Virus record (IMG/VR): IMGVR_UViG_2851982317_000004
Reading direction: 5' to 3' (one strand)
DNA length: 43,699 nucleotides
Origin: a virus
Taxonomy: Duplodnaviria; Heunggongvirae; Uroviricota; Caudoviricetes
Every line of letters begins with the position of its first letter. Position 1 is the stretch's first letter. The translations under genes were made by a program, and so were the position numbers. Positions 16,618 through 26,500 of the stretch are shown here, in pieces. The notes beneath the pieces were generated by a model. The model was given only the letters and a program-made list of their open reading frames with translations. It had not been told where the DNA came from and made no database searches.

Positions 16618-17043
16618 ATGTTTGGTATTTTCAAAAAGAAAACCCGCAAGGCCATTACCGAAGTGAAGAAGATGGAGAACCGTGACGCAGTGGAGGCGAC
16701 CGTCTGGGGCGCGTACTCCATTGCATACGCTGACGGCACCTGTGACGCGAAAGAAATCGCGGTACTGGAAAAAACCATTGCAGCACTTCCTGCCTTTGCG
16801 CCGTTCTCCGGTGAGATTGCACAAATGAGTGCAAATATCCGCGCCCGTTATGAAGCGTCGCCGCGTTCTGCCAATGCCGAAGCTCTTCGTCAGCTGGCTG
16901 ATGTTGCCGGTACTGATGATGCAGTTAATGTGCTGTGCCTGTGTCTGGATATCGCTGACCAGGACGGTATCGCTCAGGAAGAAGAAGCGCAACTGAAGAA
17001 AATTGCGCAGGCGCTGCAGTTGCCGCTGGAGCAGTACCTGTGA
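16618..17043 (+). CDS. TerB-like domain protein (cargo at the late-promoter insertion site)
   Basis: 141 aa ORF immediately downstream of the tRNA block; the TerB-like call is from memory of the overall pattern (acidic helical protein, DGTCDAKEIAVLEKTIA...). Confidence 0.5.
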   Translation: MFGIFKKKTRKAITEVKKMENRDAVEATVWGAYSIAYADGTCDAKEIAVLEKTIAALPAFAPFSGEIAQMSANIRARYEASPRSANAEALRQLADVAGTDDAVNVLCLCLDIADQDGIAQEEEAQLKKIAQALQLPLEQYL

Positions 17044-17279
17044 AAAGTGCGCGCCTTGTGCTGGCTGTCATCCTGTTGTTTCTGGTAGTGGTGGTTGATT
17101 TCACCGGACGACTGATGTCGGTGCTGGCAGATGGTGTGCTGGTGGCGATGGCGCTGGTCGTGCTCCGGCCTTTACTGCGTAAATCTGAATAACATCACAC
17201 AAAAGGCATCTGCGGATGCCTTTGACGGGGTGTTTTTTTACGGGTCGCTGGTGGCCCTTTTTTATTTTCAGGAGGAAGT

Positions 17280-17672
17280 ATGTCTGAACCCTTATCCGGT
17301 TCCGGCACGGCTGCGGCGCTGGGTGGCGCGACGGTATTCGGGCTGTTTACCGGGATGGATTTCGGGATTGTGTTTGGCGCGTTCGCCGGGGCGTTATTTG
17401 TGGCAACAATGCCACAGTCACTTTCAGTCTGGCGCGTGGTGGCACATTTTCTGGTGTCGTTTATTGTCGGCGTGCTGGGAGCGCGTGTGCTGTCAGCCTG
17501 GATTGCATCAAAAACAGGGTATGACGCTACATCAGCAGATGCGCTTTGCGCGGTGCTGGTCTCGGTGGTGTCGGTGAAGATTCTCTCGTTCATCCACCAG
17601 CAGGATATTGCATCGCTGGTGTCCGGTGTGTTCTCCCGCCTGCGGGGTGGAGGAGGCGGCAATGTTAAGTAA
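17280..17672 (+). CDS. Putative holin (three predicted TM segments)
   Basis: 130 aa with three hydrophobic segments and a Gly-rich C-terminus; AGGAGG upstream; two genes upstream of the endolysin. Confidence 0.5.
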   Translation: MSEPLSGSGTAAALGGATVFGLFTGMDFGIVFGAFAGALFVATMPQSLSVWRVVAHFLVSFIVGVLGARVLSAWIASKTGYDATSADALCAVLVSVVSVKILSFIHQQDIASLVSGVFSRLRGGGGGNVK

Positions 17673-17937
17673 CCTTCCCGGATTGCTGAATGTGGCGTTA
17701 TGCGCGGTTATCGTGCTGACGCTCTTTTTTTATCGTCGCCGTGATTCCAGACATAAACCGCTGGTGTCATGGCTGGCCTGGCTGCTGATGCTGCTGTATG
17801 CCTTTGCGCCCCTCAGCTATCTGTGTGGTCGCCCGTTAGCAACGGGCTGGCTGGAAGTGTTTTTTAATCTGCTGTTCTGCGTGCTGGTGATACGCGCACG
17901 CGGGAACGTCACAAAAATCTTTCCATTGTTGAGGTGA
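17661..17937 (+). CDS. Membrane protein, second holin/antiholin-like lysis protein
   Basis: Internal ATG of track ORF 17608..17937, overlapping the upstream stop; three hydrophobic segments; its end overlaps the endolysin start. Confidence 0.45.
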
Positions 17938-18317
17938 ATATGCCGGGTAAATTCAGATTCAGCCGTCGCAGTGAAAAAAATCTGGAGGGTGTCAAACCAC
18001 AGCTGGTTGCTGTAGTTCGCCGTGCGCTGGAGCTGACGGAGGTTGATTTCGGTATTACGGAAGGCCTGCGCAGTAAGTATCGCCAGAAACAGCTGGTTGC
18101 GGAAGGGAAAAGCCAGACCATGAACAGCCGCCACCTGACCGGTGATGCGGTGGATGTTGTGGCCTACATTGGCAGTCAGGTGTCATGGGAGTGGCCTCTG
18201 TACGAGAAAATCGCACAGGCATTTAAGCAGGCTGCCGCAGAGCTGGGGATCGCTATCGAATGGGGCGGGGACTGGAAAACGCTGAAAGACGGACCTCACT
18301 TTCAGCTGAAGCGATAA
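17934..18317 (+). CDS. Endolysin, peptidase M15-type (L-alanyl-D-glutamate peptidase-like)
   Basis: 127 aa with zinc-ligand-like motifs SRHLTGDAVDV and DGPHFQL; follows the holin-like genes. Confidence 0.8.
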   Translation: MNMPGKFRFSRRSEKNLEGVKPQLVAVVRRALELTEVDFGITEGLRSKYRQKQLVAEGKSQTMNSRHLTGDAVDVVAYIGSQVSWEWPLYEKIAQAFKQAAAELGIAIEWGGDWKTLKDGPHFQLKR

Positions 18318-18326
18318 GTAAAACAA

Positions 18327-18358
18327 AACCCCGGCTGGGGGAACAGTCCGGGGTTTTT
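18327..18358 (+). terminator. Intrinsic terminator after the endolysin gene
   Basis: Stem AACCCCGG / CCGGGGTT followed by T5. Confidence 0.5.
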
Positions 18359-18449
18359 AGTTTTCACGTCAAAGGGGAAATTGTGATTAGTGAGTAGGGA
18401 GAAAATCCTCGTGGGAAAGTATAAAAGATTCTTTTTGAGGTTGTCCATT

Positions 18450-18563
18450 ATGAAAGGTATTGAAATGGAAACTCCCGCGAGCCTTGATTTGACAAGGGCT
18501 GCGGCCTTTGCAATTCGCCTTGTGGCGGTCGCTGTTCTGATTTGGGCTGTGCGTTGGTGGTGA
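18450..18563 (+). CDS. Small hydrophobic ORF (~37 aa), possible lysis accessory
   Basis: Hand-translated MKGIEMETPASLDLTRAAAFAIRLVAVAVLIWAVRWW; its stop lies 2 nt before the lipoprotein ATG. Confidence 0.25.
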   Translation: MKGIEMETPASLDLTRAAAFAIRLVAVAVLIWAVRWW

Positions 18564-18564
18564 T

Positions 18565-18747
18565 ATGGCGCGAAAACACTGGACACACAGAATGCCGCGA
18601 ACGGCGGTGAAACGGGCACTGGTAGCGATACTGGTGCCTTTTTTATTGGTGGGGTGCGTCAGCCTGGATAAGGCGCGCCAGCTTTTCGATACCGCGTCTC
18701 AGGTCTGTGAAATTGTCGACGGTGTTCGGCAGTGTCTGCAGAACTGA
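18565..18747 (+). CDS. Small lipoprotein candidate (possible spanin-like)
   Basis: 60 aa with a signal peptide and lipobox-like LLVGC; located after the endolysin where Rz/Rz1 usually sit, but too short for a canonical spanin. Confidence 0.35.
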   Translation: MARKHWTHRMPRTAVKRALVAILVPFLLVGCVSLDKARQLFDTASQVCEIVDGVRQCLQN

Positions 18748-19020
18748 TCGCCTGTAAGAGCAGAATATTTTGCTGAAAAATGAAGGGTGCGTCAGCGTCC
18801 GGAAAGCATGAAATTCTGCTGCGTGTGCCAATTTTATCTTATTCATTCTAAATCTTGCCGAATCAAGATGAACTTTGATCAACTGCCCGGCGGCAAGGGG
18901 CATTAAAACAGGAGAAAATTATGTGGAAACCTACAGGTGATAAGTTAATCACCGCGTTGATTGACGGCAAGCCACAATACTTACGCATTGAAATGAGCGG
19001 TCAACATGCTCGATTGATTC

Positions 19021-19440
19021 GTGAGTAACAGGCATTACAGCAGCTCTTCAGTGAGGGGCTGCGATAATGTCGGTATTAAGGAGATTCCAATGCCATCACG
19101 GATCCCCCGCGCCTGTCGTAAGCGAGGCTGCGCAGGCACAACAACAGACAGTTCTGGCTACTGTGGTAAACATCGTGGTGAAGGCTGGGTGCAGCACCAG
19201 CGCGGACTGAGCCGCCACCAGCGTGGCTATGGCTCAAAATGGACGGTGATTCGTGCCCGTATTCTGAAGCGCGATAAAGGTCTGTGTCAGTTGTGTCTGC
19301 GTGCCGGTGTGGTGAGCGAGGCGAAAACCGTCGACCACATCATCCCGAAAGCGCATGGCGGAACAGACGCAGACAGCAACCTGCAGAGTCTGTGCTGGCC
19401 CTGCCATAAAGCGAAAACAGCGCGCGAACGAATCAGGTGA
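19021..19440 (+). CDS. HNH endonuclease (terminase-associated); likely true start ATG at 19090
   Basis: HNH motif TVDHIIPKAHGGTDADSNLQSLCWPCHKAKT; the track ORF starts with GTG, and the internal ATG at 19090 has AAGGAG upstream; directly upstream of terS as in HK97-type packaging modules. Confidence 0.8.
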   Translation: MSNRHYSSSSVRGCDNVGIKEIPMPSRIPRACRKRGCAGTTTDSSGYCGKHRGEGWVQHQRGLSRHQRGYGSKWTVIRARILKRDKGLCQLCLRAGVVSEAKTVDHIIPKAHGGTDADSNLQSLCWPCHKAKTARERIR

Positions 19441-19555
19441 TAATTATTCTCACTTGTAGGGAGGGGCGGGGCAAATCCCTGCAGCCCTGGCTGTCCGGGA
19501 CCGCCCGCCTCGTCAAATTTTTACACCCGCGAAATTAAAAATTTCAGGATTTGAC

Positions 19556-20026
19556 ATGTCAGAAAAATCTGTTGCGCCCGGAAGAGGGAGAAAGCCGAAG
19601 CCGACTACCCGTAAGGAACTGGCAGGCAATCCCGGCAAGCGGGCATTAAATAAGTTTGAACCAAAATTCACGCCGATCACCCATGCTGAGCCTCCCGAGT
19701 GGTTTGATGAAACCGCTCGTCATATGTGGGACACCATTATTCGTGAGCTCTGTGCCCAGCGAGTTCTTTATGTTACTGATTTGCACAACGTCGTTGCATT
19801 CTGCACTGCTTTTCGCAACTGGCATGAGTCGCAGCAGGAGGTTATGCGCGTTGGGATTACGGTAGAGAGTGAGGCGGGGCCAAAGAAAAACCCGGCACTC
19901 ACGGCGGCAAATGAGGCCGCCAGACAAATGGTGACATTCGGTAGTTTATTAGGACTCGATCCTGCCAGTCGGCAGCGGCTTATCACGCCGAAGCAGGGGA
20001 GCGATAATCCATTTAAAAACCTATGA
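19556..20026 (+). CDS. Terminase small subunit
   Basis: 156 aa ORF immediately upstream of, and overlapping, the large terminase gene; basic N-terminus. Confidence 0.75.
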   Translation: MSEKSVAPGRGRKPKPTTRKELAGNPGKRALNKFEPKFTPITHAEPPEWFDETARHMWDTIIRELCAQRVLYVTDLHNVVAFCTAFRNWHESQQEVMRVGITVESEAGPKKNPALTAANEAARQMVTFGSLLGLDPASRQRLITPKQGSDNPFKNL

Positions 20027-21753
20027 CACGAAAAAATTACGTGAACGTTAATGCCGCAAATCAGTATGCACGTGATGTGGTTCGCGGAAAAATTCAGGTT
20101 TGCCGTTATGTCGTTCTGGCCTGCCAGCGTCACCTTGATGACCTGGAAAATTCAGTTAAAAAAAACTATCCGTTTAAATTTGATAAAGATAAAGCTGAGC
20201 GGGTGGCGAAATTTATCCAGCTTTTGCCACACACCAAAGGGGAGTGGGCATTTAAGCGGATGCCCATTACGCTTGAACCCTGGCAGTTGTTCTGTATCTG
20301 TGTTGTGTTTGGGTGGGTGAGAAAAAAGAGCGGTCTGCGTCGATTTCGCGAGGCTTACAACGAAATACCCCGTAAAAACGGGAAATCAGCAATGTCTGCT
20401 GGCGTTGGTCTGTATATGTTTGCCTGCGATGATGAATTTGGCGCTGAAGTGTATTCCGGGGCCACAACAGAGAAACAGGCGTGGGAAGTTTTTCGTCCAG
20501 CCAGACTGATGGCGCAACGCACGGAGCCATTGCGTGAAGCATTTGGTATTGAAGTACATGCTCAAAGCATGAGCCGTCCGGAGGACGGTGCCCGTTTTGA
20601 ACCGTTGATTGGAGATCCCGGAGACGGCGCGTCGCCGAGTTGCGCTCTCATTGATGAATATCACGAGCATCAGACCGATGCACTTTACCAGACGATGCAA
20701 ACCGGGATGGGGGCGCGTCGTCAGCCGCTGATTTTTGGTATCACCACTGCGGGCTATAACATTGAAGGGCCATGCTACGACAAACGTCGTGAAGTGATCG
20801 AAATGCTTGAAGGGATTGTGCCCAATGATGAACTGTTCGGGATTATTTATACCATTGACGACGGGGATGACTGGACAGATCCGGCGGTATTGCGTAAAGC
20901 GAACCCCAATATGGGGATTTCTGTCTACAGTGATTACCTGTTATCTCAACAGCGCGCGGCAATTAACAACCCACGAAAAGTGGGCGTGTTCAAAACGAAA
21001 CATCTGAATATCTGGGTGGCAGCAAAAGACGCCTTCTTCAATCTTGTGAACTGGCAGAAATGTGAGGACAGGAGTCTGACGCTGGAGCGTTTTGAGGGGC
21101 ATACCTGCATTCTGGCGTTTGACCTTGCGCGAAAGCTGGATTTGAACGCAATGGTACGGCTTTTTACCCGAGAGATTGACGGTAAAACGCATTATTATTG
21201 TGTCGCACCCAAGTTTTTTGTTCCCTACGACACAATCTATAGCGCTGATGTGACAGACAGTCGCACAGCAGAACGTTATCAGAAGTGGGTTGAAGGGGGA
21301 TTTATTACCGTTACCGATGGTGCGGAAATTGATTACCGGGAGATCCTTGAGTCTGCGAAAGAAGCAAATCGCTTAAACGCAGTGGAGGAGTCACCTATAG
21401 ATCCCCACGGAGCCACAAACCTTTCTCACCACCTTGCTGATGAAAACTTAAACCCTATTACCATCATTCAGAACTACACCAATATGTCGGATCCCATGAA
21501 GGAACTTGAGGCGGCTATCGAGGCCGGGCGTTTTCATCATGATGGTAATCCTGTGATGACATGGTGTGTCAGCAACGTGATTGGAAAGCACATTCCCGGC
21601 GACGATGATGTTGTTCGTCCGATCAAACAAGGTAACGAAAACAAAATCGATGGTGCTGTGGCGCTGATTATGGCGATTGGTCGTTGCATGCTATTTGAGA
21701 AAGAAGACACGCTGTCTGATCACATTGAGTCCTACGGGATCCGCTCGCTGTAA
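20023..21753 (+). CDS. Terminase large subunit
   Basis: 576 aa ORF with ATPase N-terminal half and nuclease C-terminal half pattern; followed by the portal gene. Confidence 0.9.
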   Translation: MTRKNYVNVNAANQYARDVVRGKIQVCRYVVLACQRHLDDLENSVKKNYPFKFDKDKAERVAKFIQLLPHTKGEWAFKRMPITLEPWQLFCICVVFGWVRKKSGLRRFREAYNEIPRKNGKSAMSAGVGLYMFACDDEFGAEVYSGATTEKQAWEVFRPARLMAQRTEPLREAFGIEVHAQSMSRPEDGARFEPLIGDPGDGASPSCALIDEYHEHQTDALYQTMQTGMGARRQPLIFGITTAGYNIEGPCYDKRREVIEMLEGIVPNDELFGIIYTIDDGDDWTDPAVLRKANPNMGISVYSDYLLSQQRAAINNPRKVGVFKTKHLNIWVAAKDAFFNLVNWQKCEDRSLTLERFEGHTCILAFDLARKLDLNAMVRLFTREIDGKTHYYCVAPKFFVPYDTIYSADVTDSRTAERYQKWVEGGFITVTDGAEIDYREILESAKEANRLNAVEESPIDPHGATNLSHHLADENLNPITIIQNYTNMSDPMKELEAAIEAGRFHHDGNPVMTWCVSNVIGKHIPGDDDVVRPIKQGNENKIDGAVALIMAIGRCMLFEKEDTLSDHIESYGIRSL

Positions 21754-21764
21754 CTGAGGTAATT

Positions 21765-21947
21765 ATGATCATGCTGATTCTCGCGCCTCTGGTGGGCGTG
21801 CTGGGTGCGATTTTGCTGGCGTATGGTGCCTGGCTGATTTATCCCCCGGCGGGGTTTGTTGTTGCCGGGGCGTTGTGCCTGTTCTGGTCGTGGCTGGTGG
21901 CGCGATATCTCGACCGTACACAGTCGTCTGTCGGCGGAGGTAAATAG
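21765..21947 (+). CDS. Small membrane protein (60 aa)
   Basis: Two hydrophobic segments; lies between terL and portal. Confidence 0.4.
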   Translation: MIMLILAPLVGVLGAILLAYGAWLIYPPAGFVVAGALCLFWSWLVARYLDRTQSSVGGGK

Positions 21948-23188
21948 TGTTCTTTTCGGGATTATTTCAACGAAAAAGTGACGCACCGGTGACCACGCCA
22001 GCAGAGCTGGCAGATGCTATCGGGCTGTCATACGACACCTATACCGGAAAGCAGATCAGCAGCCAGCGGGCCATGCGACTGACGGCGGTTTTTTCCTGCG
22101 TCAGGGTGCTGGCAGAGTCGGTCGGGATGTTGCCCTGCAATCTGTATCACCTGAACGGCAGCCTGAAACAGAGAGCCACCGGCGAACGTCTGCATAAGCT
22201 GATCTCCACGCATCCTAATGGCTATATGACGCCGCAGGAGTTCTGGGAGCTGGTGGTCACCTGTCTGTGTTTGCGGGGAAACTTTTACGCCTACAAAGTG
22301 AAAGCATTTGGCGAAGTGGCTGAACTGCTGCCCGTCGATCCCGGTTGTGTGGTACCGAAGCTTAACAGTAGCTGGGAGCCGGTCTATCAGGTCACATTCC
22401 CGGACGGCTCCACGGATGTGCTGAGCCAGGAGGATATCTGGCATGTGCGCACGCTGACGCTGGACGGACTGGTGGGGCTGAATCCCGTCGCCTATGCCCG
22501 CGAGGCAATATCGCTGGCGGCAGCGACCGAAGAGCACGGGGCCAGACTGTTCAGCAATGGTGCGGTGACGTCGGGTGTGTTGCGTACAGAGCAAACGCTG
22601 TCAGATCAGGCTTACGAGCGCCTGAAGAAAGATTTTGAGGAGCGTCACACCGGGCTTGGCAATGCTCACCGCCCGATGATCCTTGAGATGGGGCTGGACT
22701 GGAAGTCGATGGCGCTGAACGCCGAGGACAGCCAGTTCCTGGAAACCCGCAAGTTTCAGCTTGAAGAAATCTGTCGTCTGTTCCGGGTGCCGTTGCACAT
22801 GGTGCAGAACACCGATCGCGCCACCTTCAACAATATCGAAGAGCTGGGGCTGGGATTTATCAATTATTCACTGGTGCCGTATCTGACCCGCATCGAACAG
22901 CGGATCAACACCGGACTGGTACGAAAAAGTAAGCAGGGCGTTTATTACGCCAAATTTAACGCCGGGGCGTTACTGCGCGGAGATATGAAGTCCCGTTTTG
23001 AAGCCTACGCCACCGGGATCAACTGGGGAATTTACTCTCCCAATGACTGCCGTGACCTGGAAGATATGAATCCGCGTCCCGGTGGTGATGTCTATCTCAC
23101 ACCGATGAACATGACCACGAAACCCTCCGATGGCAGTAAAGCCGGTAAGCAGAAGGATAACGCCAATGCAGACGAAACAACGTCTTGA
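21947..23188 (+). CDS. Portal protein (HK97 family-like)
   Basis: 413 aa; GTG start with GGAGGT upstream; conserved-looking AVFSCVRVLAESVG near the N-terminus; sits between terL and the prohead protease. Confidence 0.88.
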   Translation: MFFSGLFQRKSDAPVTTPAELADAIGLSYDTYTGKQISSQRAMRLTAVFSCVRVLAESVGMLPCNLYHLNGSLKQRATGERLHKLISTHPNGYMTPQEFWELVVTCLCLRGNFYAYKVKAFGEVAELLPVDPGCVVPKLNSSWEPVYQVTFPDGSTDVLSQEDIWHVRTLTLDGLVGLNPVAYAREAISLAAATEEHGARLFSNGAVTSGVLRTEQTLSDQAYERLKKDFEERHTGLGNAHRPMILEMGLDWKSMALNAEDSQFLETRKFQLEEICRLFRVPLHMVQNTDRATFNNIEELGLGFINYSLVPYLTRIEQRINTGLVRKSKQGVYYAKFNAGALLRGDMKSRFEAYATGINWGIYSPNDCRDLEDMNPRPGGDVYLTPMNMTTKPSDGSKAGKQKDNANADETTS

Positions 23189-23816
23189 TGTACCGCTGAG
23201 TCTGAAGTCTGTCAGTGACTCCGGTGAGTTTGAAGGGTATGGCTCCGTCTTTGGTGTAAAGGACAGCCACGATGATGTGGTGATGTCCGGGGCATTTGCT
23301 GCTTCCCTGCGGGCGTGGAGTGACAGAAAAGCGTTACCTGCGCTGCTCTGGCAGCACCGCATGGATGAACCCATCGGTGTTTACACCGAAATGAAGGAAG
23401 ACGATGTCGGGCTTTACGTCAGGGGACGGTTGCTTATTGATGATGATCCCCTCGCAAAACGCGCACATGCACACATGAAGGCCGGTTCGTTAACCGGCCT
23501 TTCTATTGGGTACGTCCTGAAAGACTGGGAATACGACCGGAGCAAAGAAGCCTTTCTGCTGAAAGAAATCGACCTCTGGGAAGTCAGCCTGGTGACGTTC
23601 CCGTCTAACGACGAGGCGCGGATCAGCGACGTCAAGAACGCACTGGCCCGCGGGGAAATCCCCGAACAGAAAAAAATCGAAAGAGTCCTGCGTGATGTCG
23701 GACTCTCCCGTACCCAGGCCAAAGCATTCATGGCCGGGGGCTATGGCGCACTATCCCTGCGCGACGCTGAGGATGTGGGCTCTGCACTGAATGCACTGAA
23801 AAATCTGAACTTCTAA
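23130..23816 (+). CDS. Prohead protease (HK97 family-like)
   Basis: About 216-228 aa overlapping the portal 3' end (likely start ATG 23166); immediately upstream of the major capsid gene. Confidence 0.8.
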   Translation: MAVKPVSRRITPMQTKQRLDVPLSLKSVSDSGEFEGYGSVFGVKDSHDDVVMSGAFAASLRAWSDRKALPALLWQHRMDEPIGVYTEMKEDDVGLYVRGRLLIDDDPLAKRAHAHMKAGSLTGLSIGYVLKDWEYDRSKEAFLLKEIDLWEVSLVTFPSNDEARISDVKNALARGEIPEQKKIERVLRDVGLSRTQAKAFMAGGYGALSLRDAEDVGSALNALKNLNF

Positions 23817-23830
23817 TCAGGAGAAATACG

Positions 23831-25036
23831 ATGGCGGTTGATATTAAAGATGTCGAACAGGTCGCGCAGGAGCTGCAGCAGAAGTTTGACGACTTCAAAG
23901 CAAAGAACGACAAGCGCGTTGAGGCGATTGAGCAGGAAAAAGGCAAACTTGCCGGGCAGGTGGAAACCCTGAACGGAAAACTCAGCGAGCTGGAAAACCT
24001 CAAAAGCGACCTTGAAAAAGAGCTGCTTGAGCTGAAACGTCCGGCAGGTGGTGCGCAAAATAAACTGGCCACCGAGCACAAAGAGGCGTTTGTGGGCTTT
24101 CTGCGTAAAGGCCGTGAAGACGGTCTGCGCGATCTGGAGCGCAAGGCATTGCAGGTGGGCACCGATGAAGACGGCGGCTATGCCGTGCCGGAAGCACTGG
24201 ATCGCAACATTCTCACCCTGCTGAAAGATGAAGTGGTGATGCGCCAGGAAGCCACGGTGATCACCGTTGGTGGTTCCGACTACAAAAAACTGGTGAATCT
24301 GGGCGGCACGGCTTCCGGATGGGTTGGCGAGACTGACGCGCGCTCCCAGACTGCCACCTCAAAACTGGGACTAATTGAACCTTTCATGGGGGAAATCTAC
24401 GGTAACCCGCAGGCCACCCAGAAAATGCTGGATGATGCCTTTTTCAACGTGGAAGCCTGGATCAACAGCGAGCTGGCAACCGAATTTGCCGAACAGGAAG
24501 AAATTGCCTTTACCACCGGCGATGGCACCAAGAAGCCGAAAGGGTTCCTGGCGTATGAATCCACCAATGAAACCGATAAGGTCCGGGCGTTCGGCAAACT
24601 TCAGCATATTGTATCCGGCGACGCGACTGCGGTGACCGCAGACGCCATTATCAAACTGATTTACACGCTGCGAAAGGCACACCGCACTGGCGCGAAGTTC
24701 ATGATGAACAACAACAGCCTGTTTGCCATCCGTCTGCTGAAAGACACCGAGGGTAACTATCTGTGGCGTCCGGGGCTGGAGCTGGGGCAGCCATCCTCTC
24801 TGGCGGGTTACGGTATCGCTGAAAACGAACAGATGCCGGATATCGCCGCTGATGCGAAAGCCATTGCATTTGGTAACTTCAAACGGGGTTACACCATCGT
24901 TGACCGTATCGGCACCCGCATTCTGCGTGACCCGTACACCAATAAACCGTTTGTCGGTTTTTATACCACCAAGCGCACCGGCGGGATGCTGGTCGATTCG
25001 CAGGCCATCAAACTGCTGAAGATTGCAGCGGCGTAA
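23831..25036 (+). CDS. Major capsid protein, HK97-fold with N-terminal delta (scaffold) domain
   Basis: 401 aa; N-terminal ~100 aa coiled-coil-like then capsid body; follows the protease; hairpin terminator downstream. Confidence 0.9.
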   Translation: MAVDIKDVEQVAQELQQKFDDFKAKNDKRVEAIEQEKGKLAGQVETLNGKLSELENLKSDLEKELLELKRPAGGAQNKLATEHKEAFVGFLRKGREDGLRDLERKALQVGTDEDGGYAVPEALDRNILTLLKDEVVMRQEATVITVGGSDYKKLVNLGGTASGWVGETDARSQTATSKLGLIEPFMGEIYGNPQATQKMLDDAFFNVEAWINSELATEFAEQEEIAFTTGDGTKKPKGFLAYESTNETDKVRAFGKLQHIVSGDATAVTADAIIKLIYTLRKAHRTGAKFMMNNNSLFAIRLLKDTEGNYLWRPGLELGQPSSLAGYGIAENEQMPDIAADAKAIAFGNFKRGYTIVDRIGTRILRDPYTNKPFVGFYTTKRTGGMLVDSQAIKLLKIAAA

Positions 25037-25043
25037 TCATTCA

Positions 25044-25070
25044 GGGGCGCGGAACCGCGCCCCCTGTTCT
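25044..25070 (+). terminator. Hairpin downstream of the capsid gene (candidate partial terminator)
   Basis: GC-rich inverted repeat GGGGCGCGG / CCGCGCCCC followed by a T-rich stretch. Confidence 0.4.
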
Positions 25071-25085
25071 GACGGGTGAAGAATC

Positions 25086-25286
25086 ATGATCCTGAAACAA
25101 GATCTGAAATGGTCACCGGACGGTATGCGTGTTGAGGTCATTCGGGCCGGTGAGTATGACGACGGGGCGCTTCCTGCCCGGGTGCAGGAGATTGCACTTC
25201 AGGCCGGTTTAGCAGAGCGCGGAACCAGTGCAAAAAGCAGTAAAGCGGCAAAAGAGAAAAAAGCCACGGCCAGTAAAGAGGGCTGA
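25086..25286 (+). CDS. Small hypothetical protein with Lys/Ala-rich C-terminus
   Basis: 66 aa ORF between capsid and connector genes. Confidence 0.4.
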   Translation: MILKQDLKWSPDGMRVEVIRAGEYDDGALPARVQEIALQAGLAERGTSAKSSKAAKEKKATASKEG

Positions 25287-25288
25287 GT

Positions 25289-25612
25289 ATGCTTCTGACA
25301 ATGGAAGAGATTAAAGCCCAACTCCGGCTGGATGAGGATTTCGATGCTGATGACCGCCATCTGCAACTGCTGGCCTGTGCGGCACAAAAGCGGACGGAAA
25401 CGTATCTGAACCGGAAGCTCTATGCACCGGATGAAACCATTCCGGACAGCGATCCGGACGGGCTGCACCTGCCGGATGATATTCGTCTGGGGATGCTGAT
25501 GCTTATCAGCCATTTTTACGAAAACCGCTCGTCGGTTACGGAAGTGGAGAAACTCGACATGCCGCAGAGTTTTGGCTGGCTTGTCGGCCCGTACAGGTAC
25601 TTTCCGCAATGA
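25289..25612 (+). CDS. Head-tail connector protein (gp6-like)
   Basis: 107 aa ORF immediately after the capsid region; size and position typical. Confidence 0.65.
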   Translation: MLLTMEEIKAQLRLDEDFDADDRHLQLLACAAQKRTETYLNRKLYAPDETIPDSDPDGLHLPDDIRLGMLMLISHFYENRSSVTEVEKLDMPQSFGWLVGPYRYFPQ

Positions 25613-26019
25613 AAATTCGTCAGGCGCAGACCTGCGCAACCTACATTCTGCCGGACCCCGGCGAACTGAATAAACGCGTCCTGATCCGCCTGCGGGTGGA
25701 TATGCCCGCGGATAACTTTGGCGTGGAGCCTCAATACCCGGTTACGTTCCGGACATGGGCGAAGGTTATCCAGACCAGTGCCACCACCTGGCAGGAAACC
25801 GCGCAGACCGGGGACGCCATCACCCATTACATCACCATTCGTTACCGCCGGGGGATCACCGCTGATTATGAGGTGATCTGCGGTGACAGTGTGTACCGCG
25901 TGAAACGTCAGCGCGATCTGAACGGGGCACGGCGTTTTCTGCTGCTGGAGTGTACGGAGCTGGGCGAATGTAGGCAGAATCACGGAGGCAACAATGACGA
26001 CTTCCTTTTTGCACGTTGA
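25609..26019 (+). CDS. Head closure / head-tail adaptor protein
   Basis: 136 aa ORF overlapping its neighbours in the head-completion block. Confidence 0.55.
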   Translation: MKIRQAQTCATYILPDPGELNKRVLIRLRVDMPADNFGVEPQYPVTFRTWAKVIQTSATTWQETAQTGDAITHYITIRYRRGITADYEVICGDSVYRVKRQRDLNGARRFLLLECTELGECRQNHGGNNDDFLFAR

Positions 26020-26500
26020 TTTTCAGCAGCCCGCGGAGATGCGCTTTAACCGCGCCCGTGTCCGGCGGGCGTTTGTCTCGATTGGTCAGCGTCATATGCG
26101 TGATGCCCGTCGGCTGGTGATGCGCCGTGCGCGGTCGGCACCGGGTGAAAACCCCGGTTATCAGACCGGACGCCTGGCTCGTTCGATTGGTTACATGGTA
26201 CCCAGAGCCAGTAAAAAGCGAGCCGGTTTTATGACACGCATTGCCCCTAACCAGCGCAACGGGAAGGGGAACCGGATGATCTCTGGTGACTTCTATCCGG
26301 CGTTTCTGTTTTTTGGTGTCCGGGGAGGAGCAAAACGTCGTCGTAGTCATCATCGTGGTGCATCCGGTGGCAGCGGCTGGCGACTGGCTCCACGTAATAA
26401 CTTCATGGTGGAAACGCTTGAAAAGAACCGCAGCTGGACACGCTATTTTCTGGCGCGGGAATTGCGTAAATCACTGAAGCCGGAGCGACGACGCAGATGA
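25994..26500 (+). CDS. Virion morphogenesis / tail completion protein (HK97 gp10-like)
   Basis: 168 aa basic protein; the segment ENPGYQTGRLARSIGY is typical of this family as I recall it. Confidence 0.5.
   Translation: MTTSFLHVDFQQPAEMRFNRARVRRAFVSIGQRHMRDARRLVMRRARSAPGENPGYQTGRLARSIGYMVPRASKKRAGFMTRIAPNQRNGKGNRMISGDFYPAFLFFGVRGGAKRRRSHHRGASGGSGWRLAPRNNFMVETLEKNRSWTRYFLARELRKSLKPERRRR

Noticed and set aside
17131-17577. 148 aa Trp/Cys/Arg-rich ORF
   Set aside because: Alternate frame over the small hydrophobic ORF, the hairpin region and the holin gene start; composition not protein-like.
12682-21900. Chi-like octamers GCTGGTGG (about 12682, 14971, 17137, 17246, 21893)
   Set aside because: Several occurrences, but Chi is common in enterobacterial DNA and the orientation and density show no obvious pattern; not informative without statistics.
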